From: Orbicella franksi
Taxonomy: Eukaryota
DNA: 64,000 nt
Assembly (NCBI GenBank): GCA_964199315.1
Contig: OZ116699.1
Span: forward strand, 30,628,001 to 30,692,000
Direction: 5' to 3'
A model generated the notes under the pieces. The model was not told the origin of the DNA, searched no databases, and worked only from the letters and a program-made list of their open reading frames with translations. The position numbers were made by a program, and so were the translations under genes. Below are positions 1 to 14,119 of this stretch, piece by piece (position 1 is the first letter of the stretch; each line of letters begins with the position of its first letter).

Positions 1-19
1 ACTAACTGGTCTGCTTTAC

Positions 20-3000
20 CTCACTAATCAATGGGTCAACAATACTCCACATACTCGACACGTCAATTTCTTCTCCACTGTTTTTAGAGACATAGTCCAG
101 CAAATCCTGACAAGTGTCGATAGACAACATCGTTAATAATACCGTATATATTGGGGTTAAAACGTACTCCTCTCCCCGCCCTGACATAGGCATCCTTTCC
201 CAACGCATGGTATCAAATTCAAGATCATTTACGACAGAGGCCCATCACTAGGAGCGTGCAACTCCCATCCTAAGCCTATGTCACGGCAGTTTTACAGACC
301 TGTCTATATTTAGGCTTCCTTTCCCGCGAAATAGGTCAATTCCAGTCTACATGAGCATGCATCGGTGAGGAAAAAAATGGCGGTTTTTCTTTTTAATCTT
401 CTAGTGAAATGATGACGTCGGTTAAAATTTAAGTCCGTGCTTGTGATTGATCACTGCTTGTGGTTCCAGCGGGGATCTGAATTCGCGGTAAATTCAAACT
501 AAAAACAAATCGGTCGGTGCCGCCGTGACAGGAATATGGGGTAGTTGCACGCTCTTAGTTATGGGCTCCTGTGTACAGTTATAGCCAAACTTTCTCGTAC
601 AATAGATTTTTTCACCCAACAGTTCAAAGACAATCTTTTTGGCTAACGATCGGACTAATTTAAATCCAGAGACTTGTTCAATGGGCGACGTAAATAGTTC
701 ACATTGTATTGCGAAGAAGGTTTCGTGCAATGCACTTTTACTTTTAAATGTAAAATTAACCACCCTATGCCACAGTATTTCTTTCCCTTCCAGTTCTCTA
801 AGTTTGCTGCGACAAGTTAAGCATGACGACTGAAAACACATCATTGTATAGGGGAGAAGGGATAGATAGATAGAAACTTTATTGACGTGTCAATGCCTTG
901 AAGCCTTGGAAAATCCCATACTAATTTGGGGAAACAAAATAAATAGAGGAAAAGAGGAAAAAAGAAACAATTGAAAAAATACTCAGTATAAATATTTAAC
1001 ATGTCTAATAATAATACTGTATAAGATCTAATCAAATCATCCTCTATCCCAGGACCTCTCTTTTTCCCTTCCCTATAGCATTTGTTTGTAAACTGCTGCT
1101 GTTGCTGAACAAGGGTCTCTCTATCTCTCGCTTCAGGGGAAGGGAAAAAGAGAGGAGTAACCTGGGAACGAAATTCAATAAAACCAGGGTGAATGGTCTA
1201 CTGACAACGAAATGAGGTTCAAAATAACAATGCGTCAACAATATCGTGGCCCCCCCTATAGGTGTGTTATAGACTATGGTCTGGTAAATCCTGTTGTACT
1301 GTGTTTTGTTTCACACTAGAATTGCATGCTAAGTCCACGTGGCATAGTAAGTAGATTTTTACCTTGTATTTCAGGGACATCTCTATGTATTCGGGCTGCT
1401 TTTTGCCCTCGTCGTAAAGTTTAAAATAGCGATCGCAGGGGTAGTCAAAAGGTGCGAGCAGCTGCGTCGAAGCAAAACAATTTGTTAGTCAATAGCAGAA
1501 GTTATAATCCTTGTACATTATTACTGACTTGTTTTCCCTCCTACTTGGTCCTCTCTACTATAGTGCAGTCCGGTCCTTCGACACAGTCCCTTGACAATTC
1601 TTAAATTGCTAGTAGTGCTTATTACTGAAGACTAACTGAATTGGTTGCTATTTATACTTAAAGCGACGATGAACATATACAGGAAAAAACTTACATAATC
1701 GTCTTCCAACGGTACTACATGGATTCCTATTGGTTGCCAGTCTAAATTATCTCGCCATATCTGAAGATGAACACAAAAAACATCCCCTTATTGCTCGGCA
1801 TTGATGACCTTTGATGCTGACTTCGTTCTCGTTTTCTGCTTCTCGGACGCAAAACTTGACCAACATGTAGCCAACTTGGCTGATATTTGTTCAATTACCC
1901 ATTATCGTATTCCGTGTGCTGTACAAGTGTTTAAAGTGTTTAACACTGTACTTTTAAATCGCAACAGCATCAAGAAACATAATGGCTTAAAACAACTGAA
2001 TAAAATTAGTCGCAGAGACAGCCGCTCAGTGTAAACACCCGTAAAGAGCGAAATAAACTATTCGAGAGTTGAAAACATACATAAATCCGCTTGTCAGCGA
2101 GAATCTGATTGTGGTGGAGAAGATGTCACTTCTTCTCTCAATTGAAAACTCAAGCTACGGGCACCGTCTTTTTCATGACATCATAACCTTGTGGAGTAAA
2201 ACGTTCGTGAGACACATCCCCATTTTTTTTAGTTGATCAATGAAAATCGCTGTAACGTTGAAGAGAAGAGAGTTGCAGATATGTTTACCTGATGACCTTT
2301 TGGTGGGTACAGGCCATTCAGCTGTGTCTGTGCACTCATTAGTGTTCGGTCATAGTCACTACTCCGAATGTAGATCTGTTTGGGAAAACCAGCAGGTAAA
2401 TGAAAACAAACGTCTTGATGGAAATGTCGTGCAATAAGTTGATCTTATAAGCCAGTGCACATTGTGAACAGGACGGATATCAACATTTGAAAACAACATC
2501 TTCGATATGCTGAACCACTATGCTGTCTGGAGTAAGGAGAGCTTTTTACTGTCCCTACGAAATTCGCAAAACATTCACTAAGTCTGATCCACTGGTCAGC
2601 GGAATCACTCCATAAAGTTTACAACTCATAGGCTGACCGACTGCACGAGCTAACACGATTTCAGTTCTTATTCCTAATCGCACCTGTTTGGTGCGCTTCG
2701 GCGGCATATCAGTTTGGTCAAGCCATGGTTAATATTTTGGCCAGACGTAGTCGAGCCAAAATACCCAAGGCGAGACCAAACGAGTCTAATATGCCGCCGA
2801 TTAAGATTAGGTATTTATCGTACAAGAATTCGGCCAAGTGACTTGATATCGCAGGATATCAGGACAGTAGATACAGTTTCTGATTGGCTAATTTGGATAC
2901 GTTAAACAGATATACTCGTTCATTGATGTGTATTCACTCGTAAAGAGGATGAAAACTCCCTTACCTCTTTGAGAATGTAAGTGGCATTTAATAGCTTATA

Positions 3001-5354
3001 CTCTTCGACATATCGACTCTTGAGGAATTTACCAAGAGCATATTCTCCTCGCATTCCTTTCTAAAAACATGGAAATAGTCTATGTCATTAAGGAAGCCTG
3101 TCAAAACAACTTCAAAATATGAATGACAATAGCCACGCTTAAAAGATAAGGTTCAGATTTATTTGCATTGCTTTCATTTAGAAAGGTCGATGTCTTGACT
3201 AAAAGTGGGGAAGTTACCGAGAGCATATGTCGCCCACCCCCGCGGGGGGGAGGCCTTACTGCTTGTCGTACCTTTCAGGGGTTAGAACAGCAGTTTTGGT
3301 GCCTCTTAGGATGTTCAGCCTCGAAAGTTCCTCAGCAGGATCTTTCGGGCTGCCTTTTAGTACATTGAGCCGAAAAAAAATATGACAGGAGATAATGTGG
3401 TGCCTCTTATTAGGGGTGAAAAGAAAATTTCAAGCCACGCCCACAAAGCAGGATCTTGGTACCAGTCAGGGGTTCTCTTCAAAATTTCCGACGAGCACCC
3501 TCGTCCTTTTTATATGGGACCTCCCTCCCACCGGATGCCGGCTTGGCGCGTTTCTTTGTGAAAATATAAACATACTCCAGTCATTATGAAGCCTGTCTAG
3601 ATAATTTAAAAATGTCAGCAAAAATGACGACTTTTTTAATGAAAATCTGATGCCTTGAATTCATTGAAATTGTGCAAAAAAGCATTTGCACAAATAGTTA
3701 CGTCTAGTTATCTAGTTACGTCTTGTTTTGTGGTTGTCTCTGTCCTGATCCTCTCCTACGCAGAGGCTCGAAGGGTTTTTTGGGAGGAGAAAATCTGCTG
3801 AACACGATATGAGTGCAGGCCTTAAGTTACGTTGCGCCTGCGCTCACCTCGCACAGCGGCATTCTATAACGAACGTTTCAAACTTCTGCGGAAGAGAGAG
3901 GGATTTTGTCACTATCTGGGAAAAATTTTATCGGCACTGACTTGTGTTAGCATTCCAATTCCCTGCGGCCACACGTCTTCTTGGTACGGATCATTTGGAT
4001 AAATATGAGTAGGAGAGCGGTCACCATGGCGATAAACCTGCCGAGAGAGAAAGCCTATCTTTACTTCTCCACGTTGTATGAATATGTTAGCACATCCATA
4101 GATGCATTATTAAAGAGACACGTTTTGACATAAAATCTACAACATCCTGAACATGAAAACATTTACAAAGAGTTGAAAATCAATTGCTGCAATTTGATAA
4201 AAAGAAAATTGAAAAAAATATTTCTTAGTTTTCATGCTCCAAACAAATGCACTGTAATTCAACGCCTTTTCAGAAAGAAAAAAGGACGCTTCACCTGGGC
4301 TCAACCTCATACCGAAATTAGACGATTTAGACCAAAAATGAGTTTATGTGAGGGAAATTGGCAGGAAAATTTTTGGAGTAAAGCATGGCGTAGGAAAAAA
4401 ATGAAAAGATGGACAATGCAAGCCGACAAAAGAGAATGAGCGGGAGGAGAGTGGATAATATAAACCTTGATGCTTCAGTGAGCGTGGAAGTAAAGTTACT
4501 ACAGTAGACCACCTGACTAAAAGGATTGAAAATTCCCTTGAGCGATCGGCAGTTGAGGGTGTGACGCACGATAGAACGCAACTAGCAGCAACTAAAATCA
4601 GGAATACGCTGAGAACAGAATGGTTTGTCTGTACTTTTCGAGAAGACGTTGTTCCTATAAAGGGTCGAAAATGATGAGTCCAATTCATAGAGGCTAATAT
4701 TTAAATGGGATTCAAAGCCATTTAAACATCATCAGTCCCTTTGTTCACTTTCGTGACATCAGAAAAGAATATGATGTTCTCGTTAGGGAATTCCAAAGAA
4801 TAAAAAATATATATGTGTTGATATCATGCTCACAGGCTCGGATCAGATAACAGTGATTAGCAACAACTTAGAAATTCATTCATTATTACCTAGGCTTGAC
4901 GATTGACCGTTCTCAGTGAAAAAAAAAAAAAAAAAAAACTATTACCACAATTAATTTTGATGCGTTTTTGAAAAAAAAAAAAAACACCTTGGCTTTACCT
5001 TTGCGTATTTCAGTTGGAATGTATTGAAAGTTCAGGATTTTTAGAAAGAACAAAGCGGATTATGCATCAACGTGGTTTGTTCTAGACCTTGTCAATATTC
5101 TGTAACAATTTCAATCTCATGAAACGGTTTATAATCTCGTTGCTGGAAAGTGACAACAAAAAGGTAACAATTTCTTCCGCTCAAAAGTCGAGTCTCCTTA
5201 TAGCGTGTAGTATTTAAAAGCACAAGTTATTACTTTGACTCACCACATTTACCATCACAAGTTTTCGCTGGGTCTCGCAGGTTACTGAAGTTGGGTGTTG
5301 GGACCAAAACAGAAACGCGATAAGGTAACAGAGGCGCAAATAATGTCGATCCAT
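20..5354 (-). CDS. Histidine acid phosphatase (prostatic/lysosomal ACP family), paralog B; exons 1-7, 3' end lies beyond window start
   Basis: Exons 5354-5244 ([37 protein letters not shown], signal peptide-like), 4037-3942 ([32 protein letters not shown], RHGxRxP motif), 3060-2965 ([17 protein letters not shown]..), 2375-2289 ([16 protein letters not shown]..), 1760-1695 ([17 protein letters not shown]..), 1461-1363 ([12 protein letters not shown]..), 106-20 ([17 protein letters not shown]). All introns are GT-AG, phase 0, and match paralog A positions. Confidence 0.93.
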
Positions 5355-6495
5355 GTTTATGTTTTCTCCGAGAAAGCTTTTAGTAAACTTGTGGTTTTGC
5401 TTCGGTATGTAGAATTTAAGAAGTTCGCAAACAACAATCGTACCGTTTTTCTAAAGAATTATGTTTCGGAAATGTTATTCAGCCTTTGTCTATTATATTA
5501 TGTCCAAGTCAGGAACAATTAACATATACCTTTATGCCCTCATTAGTTATTTTGTCCTTTGTTTATCAAACAGAGACGCTTGTTAAGGACTCAGTATTAA
5601 ATGTTTTTCTCTCTCATTTCGTTAAAGCAACTGCTCACATCTTTCCATCTACTTCAACTGTGTGACAGAAACGCGGCAAAACAAAAAAAAACTATCTCAA
5701 AAACTGATTGTCATTTTTTCAGGAAAAACGTTGTTCCCTGACAACACCCAATGCCTCGAGCTCTTAACGTGGCGTTCACGAATATCCAAATTATTTTGAA
5801 AATCTATGGACATGTTTAACAGGTTCTCTATGTGATTTTGAATATATTTAGTTCTAGATCTTGAAATTGATCTTGCTGGGACTCCTAAGCTTCTTGCTTG
5901 TTCAGAGAGTGAAACATCTCTGCAAAACTTGTTTTTACAACCAGAGTTCAGACAATATCTGTTATCTTCTGGTAGCAATCTTCAACGACAACTAATTTAT
6001 CGGCGTCTCACCAAAATCAGTAGATTAAGCAATTCTGTGGGCTTATTGCCAAATAATAATAAAAAAAGGTGTTGAGGGTTGTATATTACTTTCTCTGACA
6101 TTTGCCTTTGGCAAATTAAAACGGACTTAAAGTCAAATGATATGAGGTATCCAGGTATTCTGTTTCACTTGGAAGAACTACATTATAATTCCCAATCAGC
6201 AAAGCAATGACAAAAGAATTAAAGCGAAAGAAGGTCGAGAATTGTGTTTTTGTGGTGACAATTGGAGCAGCGTTAAATTTTTCTTGAAGTTTTCCCACGA
6301 GGAAGAAATAACTTTTTCGTTTATAAGTTTTCGATTTAACTAGATCCATTAGGCGCTTGATGGACGTCATACGGTATGCGAGGTTTCAAATTAACTATTT
6401 TTGGAATTTGACTGTTTCATTAGACGTGAGAATTGCGAACGTTTCTGTTACTATAATTTGAGCGCGTTTGCACTATTCGGGCTTTGTGTTCGGTG

Positions 6496-6567
6496 CAGGG
6501 GCGGGGCAGAAGACTCCTGAAATTTTCGTATAGGCATCATCCAACAAAAAATGACGTCACATCCGGT
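6496..6567 (+). promoter_or_regulatory. Promoter module (GC box + CRE + ETS-like core), copy 1
   Basis: GGGGCGGGG at ~6498, then ATCATCCAACAAAAAATGACGTCACATCCGGT (6536-6567) containing TGACGTCA and CATCCGG. A YY1-like AAAATGGCG follows at ~6604. An inverted copy with the same 32 nt lies at 14120-14151. Confidence 0.6.
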
Positions 6568-7392
6568 TTAAACTGCGCTTCGCGGCTCGTTTCACAAAGC
6601 GAGAAAATGGCGTTTCGATTACTCGTGGTTTCCCTCTATTTGTAAACCATCAGTTTCGTTTCATTTTATATTGAGTATGGAAGGATGTTGCAGACACATT
6701 ACTTCGACTTTTGAAGCAAAAATTTCGGGAAAAGAGAAAAGTTTATTATTGTTTTGAAGCAAAATAACGGAGAGCCTTCCGTCATCGTCGGGCGAATTTT
6801 ACACATTTGTAAAACTGGTGTTGTTCCGACTTTTGGTTCTTGTTGTTCGTGATTTAGTGATAACAATAAGTGCAATAGCCTATAATGTTAACAACAACCT
6901 GGATGAAGTATTGCTGGCCATAGTTTGCACTGTGTACTACGGGAACATAATTAACAGAAGCCGTTTAGCTCCGAAAGTCGCTGTCACCAGAACTTTTGTT
7001 ACTCTTGGCTCACGTGTATTGGTAGAAGAGACAAGCTGGATCGCATGCTGAAGGTCAGTATCCCACATTCCTACATCTCTCGTTGAAGATTGTTGTTTTC
7101 AGTAAGATACAGTACATATGTATCGGTAGTTTGGGGTCATCAGTCTCTTTCTCTTTGGTGAGTGCTTTTAAAACGCCCAGTAAAAACTTGATTCACGACA
7201 TGGAAACTTATGCCTCGCTGGATCGAAATTCGAGCAAGATTTTTGAGTTCTAGTCCTCTTGAAAAGTAATTAAATCAATTATTCAAATCCAAGCCATCAG
7301 AGGGAATCTGCCATTGAAGCTGCCCTAAGTTAAGGTCCTGTTCATGGACCTTCCCCTTTGAAAATCGTGGGGGTGTTCTTTGAGGCAACACA

Positions 7393-7906
7393 GGTCCCAT
7401 TTGTATGGTCTCGGGTACCCGGGATAACCCTCCCCCTGAGGCAACTTTATCAAGTGTTTGTATGAGAAAATGTAGCCCATGTAGGCCGAGTAAAAGTTGA
7501 CCCTGCATGATTATTCGTAACTCCTATTGAATAATCAAATGTGCAACTATCCCTCTTTGTTTAGGTTTCCCTCACTCATTTGATCAGAGTGGGTTTTGCT
7601 GAGTTAATTTTCTCTTCTTTGATACAAATTGCTGCTTTAAATCTTAAATCTAGGCATTACGTGACACTCGCCATGCTGAGAGTTGTTCCAGTTAGGCGAG
7701 CCAAAGTGTTTATGTATACTCAAAGAAAAGTTGTTGGTTACTTTAGCTGCCAAGGCGAGTCAACTTGCCCACCTGAATTGTCTCACCCCCAAGTCTGGTT
7801 CGTCATCCTTGTGTAAACGGTTGGTTGAATTTTGCAAAGAAATAAGTGAAAAGTTAGCTCCGCCAGGGTAACTCGGGGAAAGGGTTGTCTCTGGTACACA
7901 AGAGCC
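7393..7906. mobile_element. Non-autonomous TIR element (degenerate)
   Basis: The left end ACCCGGGATAACCCTCCCCCTGAGGCAAC is roughly reverse-complementary to the right end GTAACTCGGGGAAAGGGTTGTCTCTGGT. No coding capacity; boundaries approximate. Confidence 0.45.
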
Positions 7907-8337
7907 ATTCTATTTTATTTCCATTTTCCCTCTTCCTCTTCCAACTGATTATGCAAAATATACTGTCCAAACTCTTTATGGGTACTGGTGTTTGAGAGTG
8001 TCATCTTTATCACTACTGTGGAATGTACCTCACCATAGAGCCACCCCCGTTAACACAGCCACCTAGTTATTATGGCCACTCTATTCTGGCTCAAACAAAA
8101 TCTCAGTCGGTCATTTTCTTATTTATTAATTATACAGTCAGATTTTTGAGACCTGTTGGTGACCAGATTAACAGAATTCTGGCACATTGTAGGAGTAATT
8201 TATATACAATTTACAGCAAGCAACAGGCATCATTTTGTTAGTGAAGTCCCATGCATATATGTAACTCTTGATTATTTTGAGATTTTATCTTTATTATGTC
8301 ATCAAGGCAATAATATTTTGATTCCTGCTCCAGCGGT

Positions 8338-8690
8338 AGGGGGGGGGGGGGGAACTCTCCTCTATGTGCTATATACAGCTGTGCAGCCCCAAAGGGTATG
8401 GTTATTCAGCCGTTTTGGTCATAAATACTCTAGGGTAAGGCTTTTGCCCTCTAGTCTTTAATTTGTTATGTTTTTTAGAATAAGCTACCTCAATTTTCAT
8501 CATTATTGATAAGACCATCAACAAAAGTCCTTCAAAACTTATGTTTAGGGCAACTGTAGCAGTCGCAACAGTCACAAATGGGGTAGGGAAAATCACAGAT
8601 TATGGTCATAAATAGGTTAAGAGTTTAACTTTTGTGAAGAGGGCTGCACTGACCCCCACCCAATTTTTCTGGGATGTACAAAACACATTT
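8338..8690 (+). repeat. Dispersed MITE-like repeat, same family as 50013-50404
   Basis: Shares CCCCAAAGGGTATGG..TCAGCCGTTTTGGTCATAAATA, GATAAGACC.TCAACAAAA, TATGTTTAGGGCAACTGT and CCCCACCCAATTTTTCTGGGA with 50013-50404. Confidence 0.7.
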
Positions 8691-11600
8691 TCTTAGCAGT
8701 TACTACAGTCTTGCTTTAGTAAATCAAAATAGTACTTGCTGCCAGGTACTTTATAAATTAAAGTATAACCCCTCCAGAAGCCTTCACAAAGTACATGTAA
8801 TATCTGGTGCTAACAATTTTTTTTTGCGGCTGATTAAAATTTGGTATTAAATTGTACTGAACTGGTGCAGGTTTAATATACATGATATTTTGTCACACTT
8901 AGTTCACTTATTTTAAGACTACTCAGCAGCAACTAGTACCTCTTGTATGACCATGCAGTAACAGTCTATTCCAAACAAAAAAAAAGTACATGTATATGTA
9001 TTACTATCCTGCCTGGAAGAGTGTGTAGAGAGAGCACACAGTGCAGTGCCCTACTGTATGCATTTTGTTAGGTATAATAATCTTAAATTTAGAAGACTCA
9101 TATTGATCTTAGGATTCACAAAAAAGTTGATTTCTTGGCAACTCTCCTTTAGCTGTGTCACTTCATAATAAATTAGCAGTTTGGTATGTTGTAGCATAGA
9201 ACTTTAATTAATTAAGTTATCACACTGGTATCACAGAGGTCATGGGTTAGAATCCAGTTCACACCTAATTTTTTTCAGGCTATAATTTCACCTTTGCTTA
9301 AGTTTTGTATAGTACGTTGCAATGATCAATCATGTCTTTATAAGTTGATCAATGTATATATGTCCCACTGACTTATACTTCAACATTTTATCTTAAAGTT
9401 TGTTTATTTGTTTTATTGTGTGGTTCTAGAAAATATCCATACCCACCCCAAGGAGATTACTGGAAATTCCAGGGATGGGGAGGGTCTCAAAAGCCAAACT
9501 TTTTAAAGAAATTAAAGTATTAATAAAAATTGGAATTTCCATAGGGAGGGATGGGGAGATCTCTGTTTAATAAATACATAAATAATATGTACAGACCATT
9601 ATCTGATGTGAAGACTGTGCAATATATCCTGGCCAATGAGTTGCCAAGGTGTAGCGTCCTTGTTATCAATTTCAAGTACCAAATTAAAGAAGATCAGCAT
9701 GTTAGATGGGAGAGGGGAATTTTTCAAAATATCATAAACTAAAAATATACATATTTTCCAAACTCAATCATGTTAGTAGTGTTAGTGTCTATTTATTTAT
9801 TTATTTATTTATTAATGAATACCTGTGAAGAGATAGTCATACATTCTTGCAAATATTCTGGGAGTCTCCCATATACCATTTAGATCATCCAGTCCCCCAG
9901 GAAAGTTATGAAATTTATTGTCCAAGTAAACTAATGAACCATGGGCTCCAGTGGGGACAGTGCTATTACGATGCAATTTGCAGATGTGCTACATAATATG
10001 AGCTTAACAGTTTTGTTACCATGGCAACAGACTGCATTTCAGACCTTCCCTGATATTCTAGGCTTTTCTGGCCACCTCATGGTCTTGATTAATGTTTTTC
10101 AAGCTGAAAATCACTGCATTATTGAAATTGGGTTAGAGGGAACTGGAAAAGATTGAGTTGCCAATTGGGAACATATTTTTATAGCCATATTAGTGTGTTG
10201 CCTGTAGAACTATAAGGCTACCAAGTTTCAATGATCTCTGCTGTATATATGGTCTGCACTTGATGTAATATTGGGTTTGGTGTATGACATCATCAGTCCT
10301 CTCATTTGCATATATTTTACACATTTTAAACTTAAATATCTCCAGAATTAATGCAAATATTTGTTAAGGTAAACAGCATTTGTAATCTATAGTGGAATTC
10401 TATTTGATACTCCTAAAAATTCTGAATCAAGGGGTAAACATTTGATGATAGTAGCAATATGCCAAATCATTGAGGTGAATTTATGCTGCTGACATTTACA
10501 TGTACTGTAAGGTGTTGAAGAGAATTTTGCAGGAGAATTTGGTGTGTTTATTGAATTGCCAGAGGTTGGTTGGCTGGTTTTGTTATTGCTTTGTCATTAT
10601 CTTCCATGTATTTTTTTTTTTAAAGAAGAGTGGTTGGTGGCAAAAGCAAAACTGGCAATATTCTCACTTACCTGTGTTTCTAAAGTCATGTTTTTAGGTT
10701 TTTGTGGTCAATCTATTAGTAGCTGCACTGTCTTAAATTACAATAGAAAAGATGTGATATTATTATGTAAGTTATACTTTGGTATTGTTCATACCAAAAT
10801 TATAGTATTTTCTGGTTCAATGTTTGCCTCTGCATTAATTTGATTAAACTACTGTAGTTTATTTTTTAATGGAATTTAATTCTGTCAAAAGGGAGGTGGG
10901 AATCTGAGAACAATAGCTGTGAACTAGACCAACAAATATACAGAAATCTACCACCATTGCTTTCATGGCTGAGTGGAGATGAATCTAAGTCAGACCGAAA
11001 TTAGAAAAAAAATTACTGATTTATTGGAGAGTTGAAATGGGATCCTGGCTATGGGAGAGTAGGAATTGGGGCTGAGGGGGGTGGGTGGTGTGCTTGTGAA
11101 TTTAAGAACCTCTCTGAAAGTGAAAACAAACTGTAGGTTTGAAAAGTTTAAAGCGAGGTTAAAAATTATACTTTAATATATCTTGTTTATTAAGGTGGTA
11201 ATGAGCATAATGCCCACTTAGGGTGAGTCATTGAAACAATGACATAATTTATGTTTGTCTTTTCTTAGGTGGTTACCTCCTGGCATATACACCCCACACA
11301 GGCATACAATGTTATGATTAGATGATACAACCTGCTTTCCCATGTTTAACATACACGTAAGAGTATTGATCAGTGGACCAGTGTACAAGTGTGATTTCTC
11401 TACTGATAATGAGAATTATAATAAAGATACAAAGCCACTCTGGTGTGATTTATTTAATTATTGCTTAACGGTAAAGTGAACCAGTTAAACCAAAGGTTGC
11501 ACTCTGTAAGATCAGGTGAACAAAAATTAAATAGAAAATTTCACTACATCAATTTTATTAATTAAGTATACTTCTCTGCAAAATATAGTTGGTATTTTGT

Positions 11601-14119
11601 TGTACTGGTAAGAATATAATTTGGAAATTTTTTATGGGAAATGTTTCCATTTAAAAATGTAGCTCAGATGCCACAACTATAGTTCTCCTTTCTGTGGTGT
11701 TTTCTTTTGTGGTAAATTGTGAAAACAAATTATGTTGACCTACATGTAAGTTAAAAAAATATACAAGTAGTAGCTCTTCTGAAAAAAAAAGTTAATTTGT
11801 TGTTGTTTCTTCCTGTTCATTTTTTCCTTGAACATTTTTATTTTCCTAATAAGTAGTTTAGCTAGCCATAAAAATGTTTTGTTGTCTCAGACCATTTTCA
11901 AGATAAAAAAGTGATTTGTATATAAAATTTGAATATTTGGGGGGGGGGGGGGTGGGGACCTTTTCAGAATTTCCCTACAAAGATCACAAGGTACAAGGGA
12001 AGAAGCAAAAATAGAATTTTAAGTGTTAAAACATATGTTTTCATCATCAGTTTGGGCCTCTCTGTGAAGCTGCATAGTATACTTGAGGATCATGTTATAC
12101 CCATTTTAATTCAAAATACAAATGGAAACTTGCATTGACAATCACTTAATCTCTTGGCACTGTTTTGTTTTTTAATAATTGCCTTTTTTCACAAAACAAT
12201 AATTTGAACATCTTTGTTTCCCAAGCTGGGAGGGGGGGGGGGGGGGGGAGGGGTATTTTACAAAGTTTTAAATGGAAAGGTCTTATCTCAAGGTCCATTA
12301 CCCCTTACCCTTTTGTATACATTTGTACCATTTTGATAGAAATGCCACCTCTTTTGTCGACCTTACATTGCAAAAGGGTTAATGTACCCCTTTAACAAAC
12401 CTATTTAAGAATACTGCATCCCTTTTCTATTCCCTTGGAAAAAAGTTAATAAATAATATTATAGAATCTCTTCATTCTGGCTGAGGAGAGTAAATGAGAG
12501 CTTTTCAACAACATTTTAGAACCAGAAGAATGGAATCCCTAAATGACAGATTTTCCTACCCTTTCATACACCTCAACTTGTGAAATTCCTATCATTAATT
12601 TTATACCTGAAGCCTGAAATAGGTACTCATCGTGAGCTGAGCCACCCCATATAGTTCATTACAGAGAGCCTTCCCACATACACAAATCAGGAACTCTTGA
12701 CAAGTACTGTAAGTAGATGCTGGCTTTAAGACTGGTCTGAGCCAGCTTCAGTTTTTTAGCACAAACTTGTTGCTCTCTGTCAATTTCTAGTACAAAACCT
12801 TTTCTTTGCTGATCTGGTCCAAGTTCACAGACACTAGCATCACTCTCACGACACTGACTCTATCACTGTCACTCACAGTCTGATTCTTCAGTTTCACTGC
12901 ACCATGCTTCATCATCACCCATCATTGTTAGACATGAGTTCATTAGCTTGTAAAATTCATCAGCCTGGCAGTGTCATTGTTGCTATTGCCTGTTCCCAGA
13001 CTTCCTTTTATGGCTAGGTGTAGGGGCATGAAATTTCACTACTGTTTACAAACAATTTGTTTAGATGGCATATTGAAAGTGATGAATTACTGAAAATTGT
13101 CAGTATTGCTAGTGTTCTCTCGTTTCCTTAGGGAGTGAAATATCTTGATGTAAGATTACAAAGAGAAAGCACACTGAAATATAATGCACAACTTTTTAGT
13201 AACCTTTCAAAATGGGTTGCCAATATGACAGGGATTAATAGATGAGGAACTTGGTCTGCAAACAGGGCAAATGAGAGGGTTTGAAGAAATTAAAGGTGCA
13301 TGCTTGACCTCAGTTGGGGGGGGGGGGTATTGGAACTTAGCGCTGCTGACGTCAAACACTGTTGAAACGGAAAAATAAATTTGATTATAAATGAGAGACA
13401 ACCACGACATGTCCAAATTACTTAATCGCCGTTAAAACTAATCCTCTTGCTTTTTTTTAAGGGGTTCACGGCCTGCCTGTAACGAAGCGTTTATCAATTA
13501 AGGGATTGCTTAGGGAAAACATATCTTGTTTAAGGTTCTTAACCAATCGTAACATATTTTATGGCATCAGTTTGAGTCATGAGCAAACACACGAGTTTGT
13601 GTTAGTGTCGATCGGCAAGAAAGTTATGCAAAGCGCGTTATGTGTGTGGGTCTATTCTTGCAGTGATACGATTAACAGCACTCAAGTACTCTCGAGTGTT
13701 TGGCAACAGTAAATTTAAAAAAAGGCGCTTCTGTTAATAAGGTTCCCCATGTCTAGAAACCTGTCATTGTGCATTTTTCTTAGTGTAATGCCTACCTAAG
13801 AGAATAGGATATTTGAATTGAGTGCAACTTACCTAGAATTCATTATCTCCACACAAACGATGACTCCTGTGGTATTCAGCGATGAAGAAATGGCGACATT
13901 TCGTAAAAAACACACCTTCAAAACAGCGTGTTTTTGAATAAATAATTACCCTGTCCTTCAAACAAACTGATATGACGAGGAAGAAGACAAAATTTTGTTT
14001 ATCGTGGCCAAATAAAACGTTAAAAATATCCGGCCGATTGCAAAATATTACCATTTTACTTACTGAGAGAACGATTATGCCATGTTCAAATTTGATTTTG
14101 CCGCTCAGCGCTCTTTTTT

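Noticed and set aside
2-208. 68-aa ORF as an independent gene
   Set aside because: Only 106-20 is coding (exon 7 of ACP paralog B); the rest is intron read-through.
5400-6450. Degenerate NADAR copy in the mirror arm (LPEDNR resembles IPEDRA)
   Set aside because: Translating the minus-strand frames gave no FSNF, EHYFQ or GxNxxG motifs; the resemblance is a chance match.
10442-10495. C/D box snoRNA-like TTGATGA...CTGA
   Set aside because: It lies in what looks like a transposon-derived repeat and has no terminal stem or recognisable guide.
12760-13010. Acidic coding-like remnant on the minus strand (MMGDDEAWCSETEESDCE..)
   Set aside because: Multiple stops, no splice-consistent frame and no family recognised.
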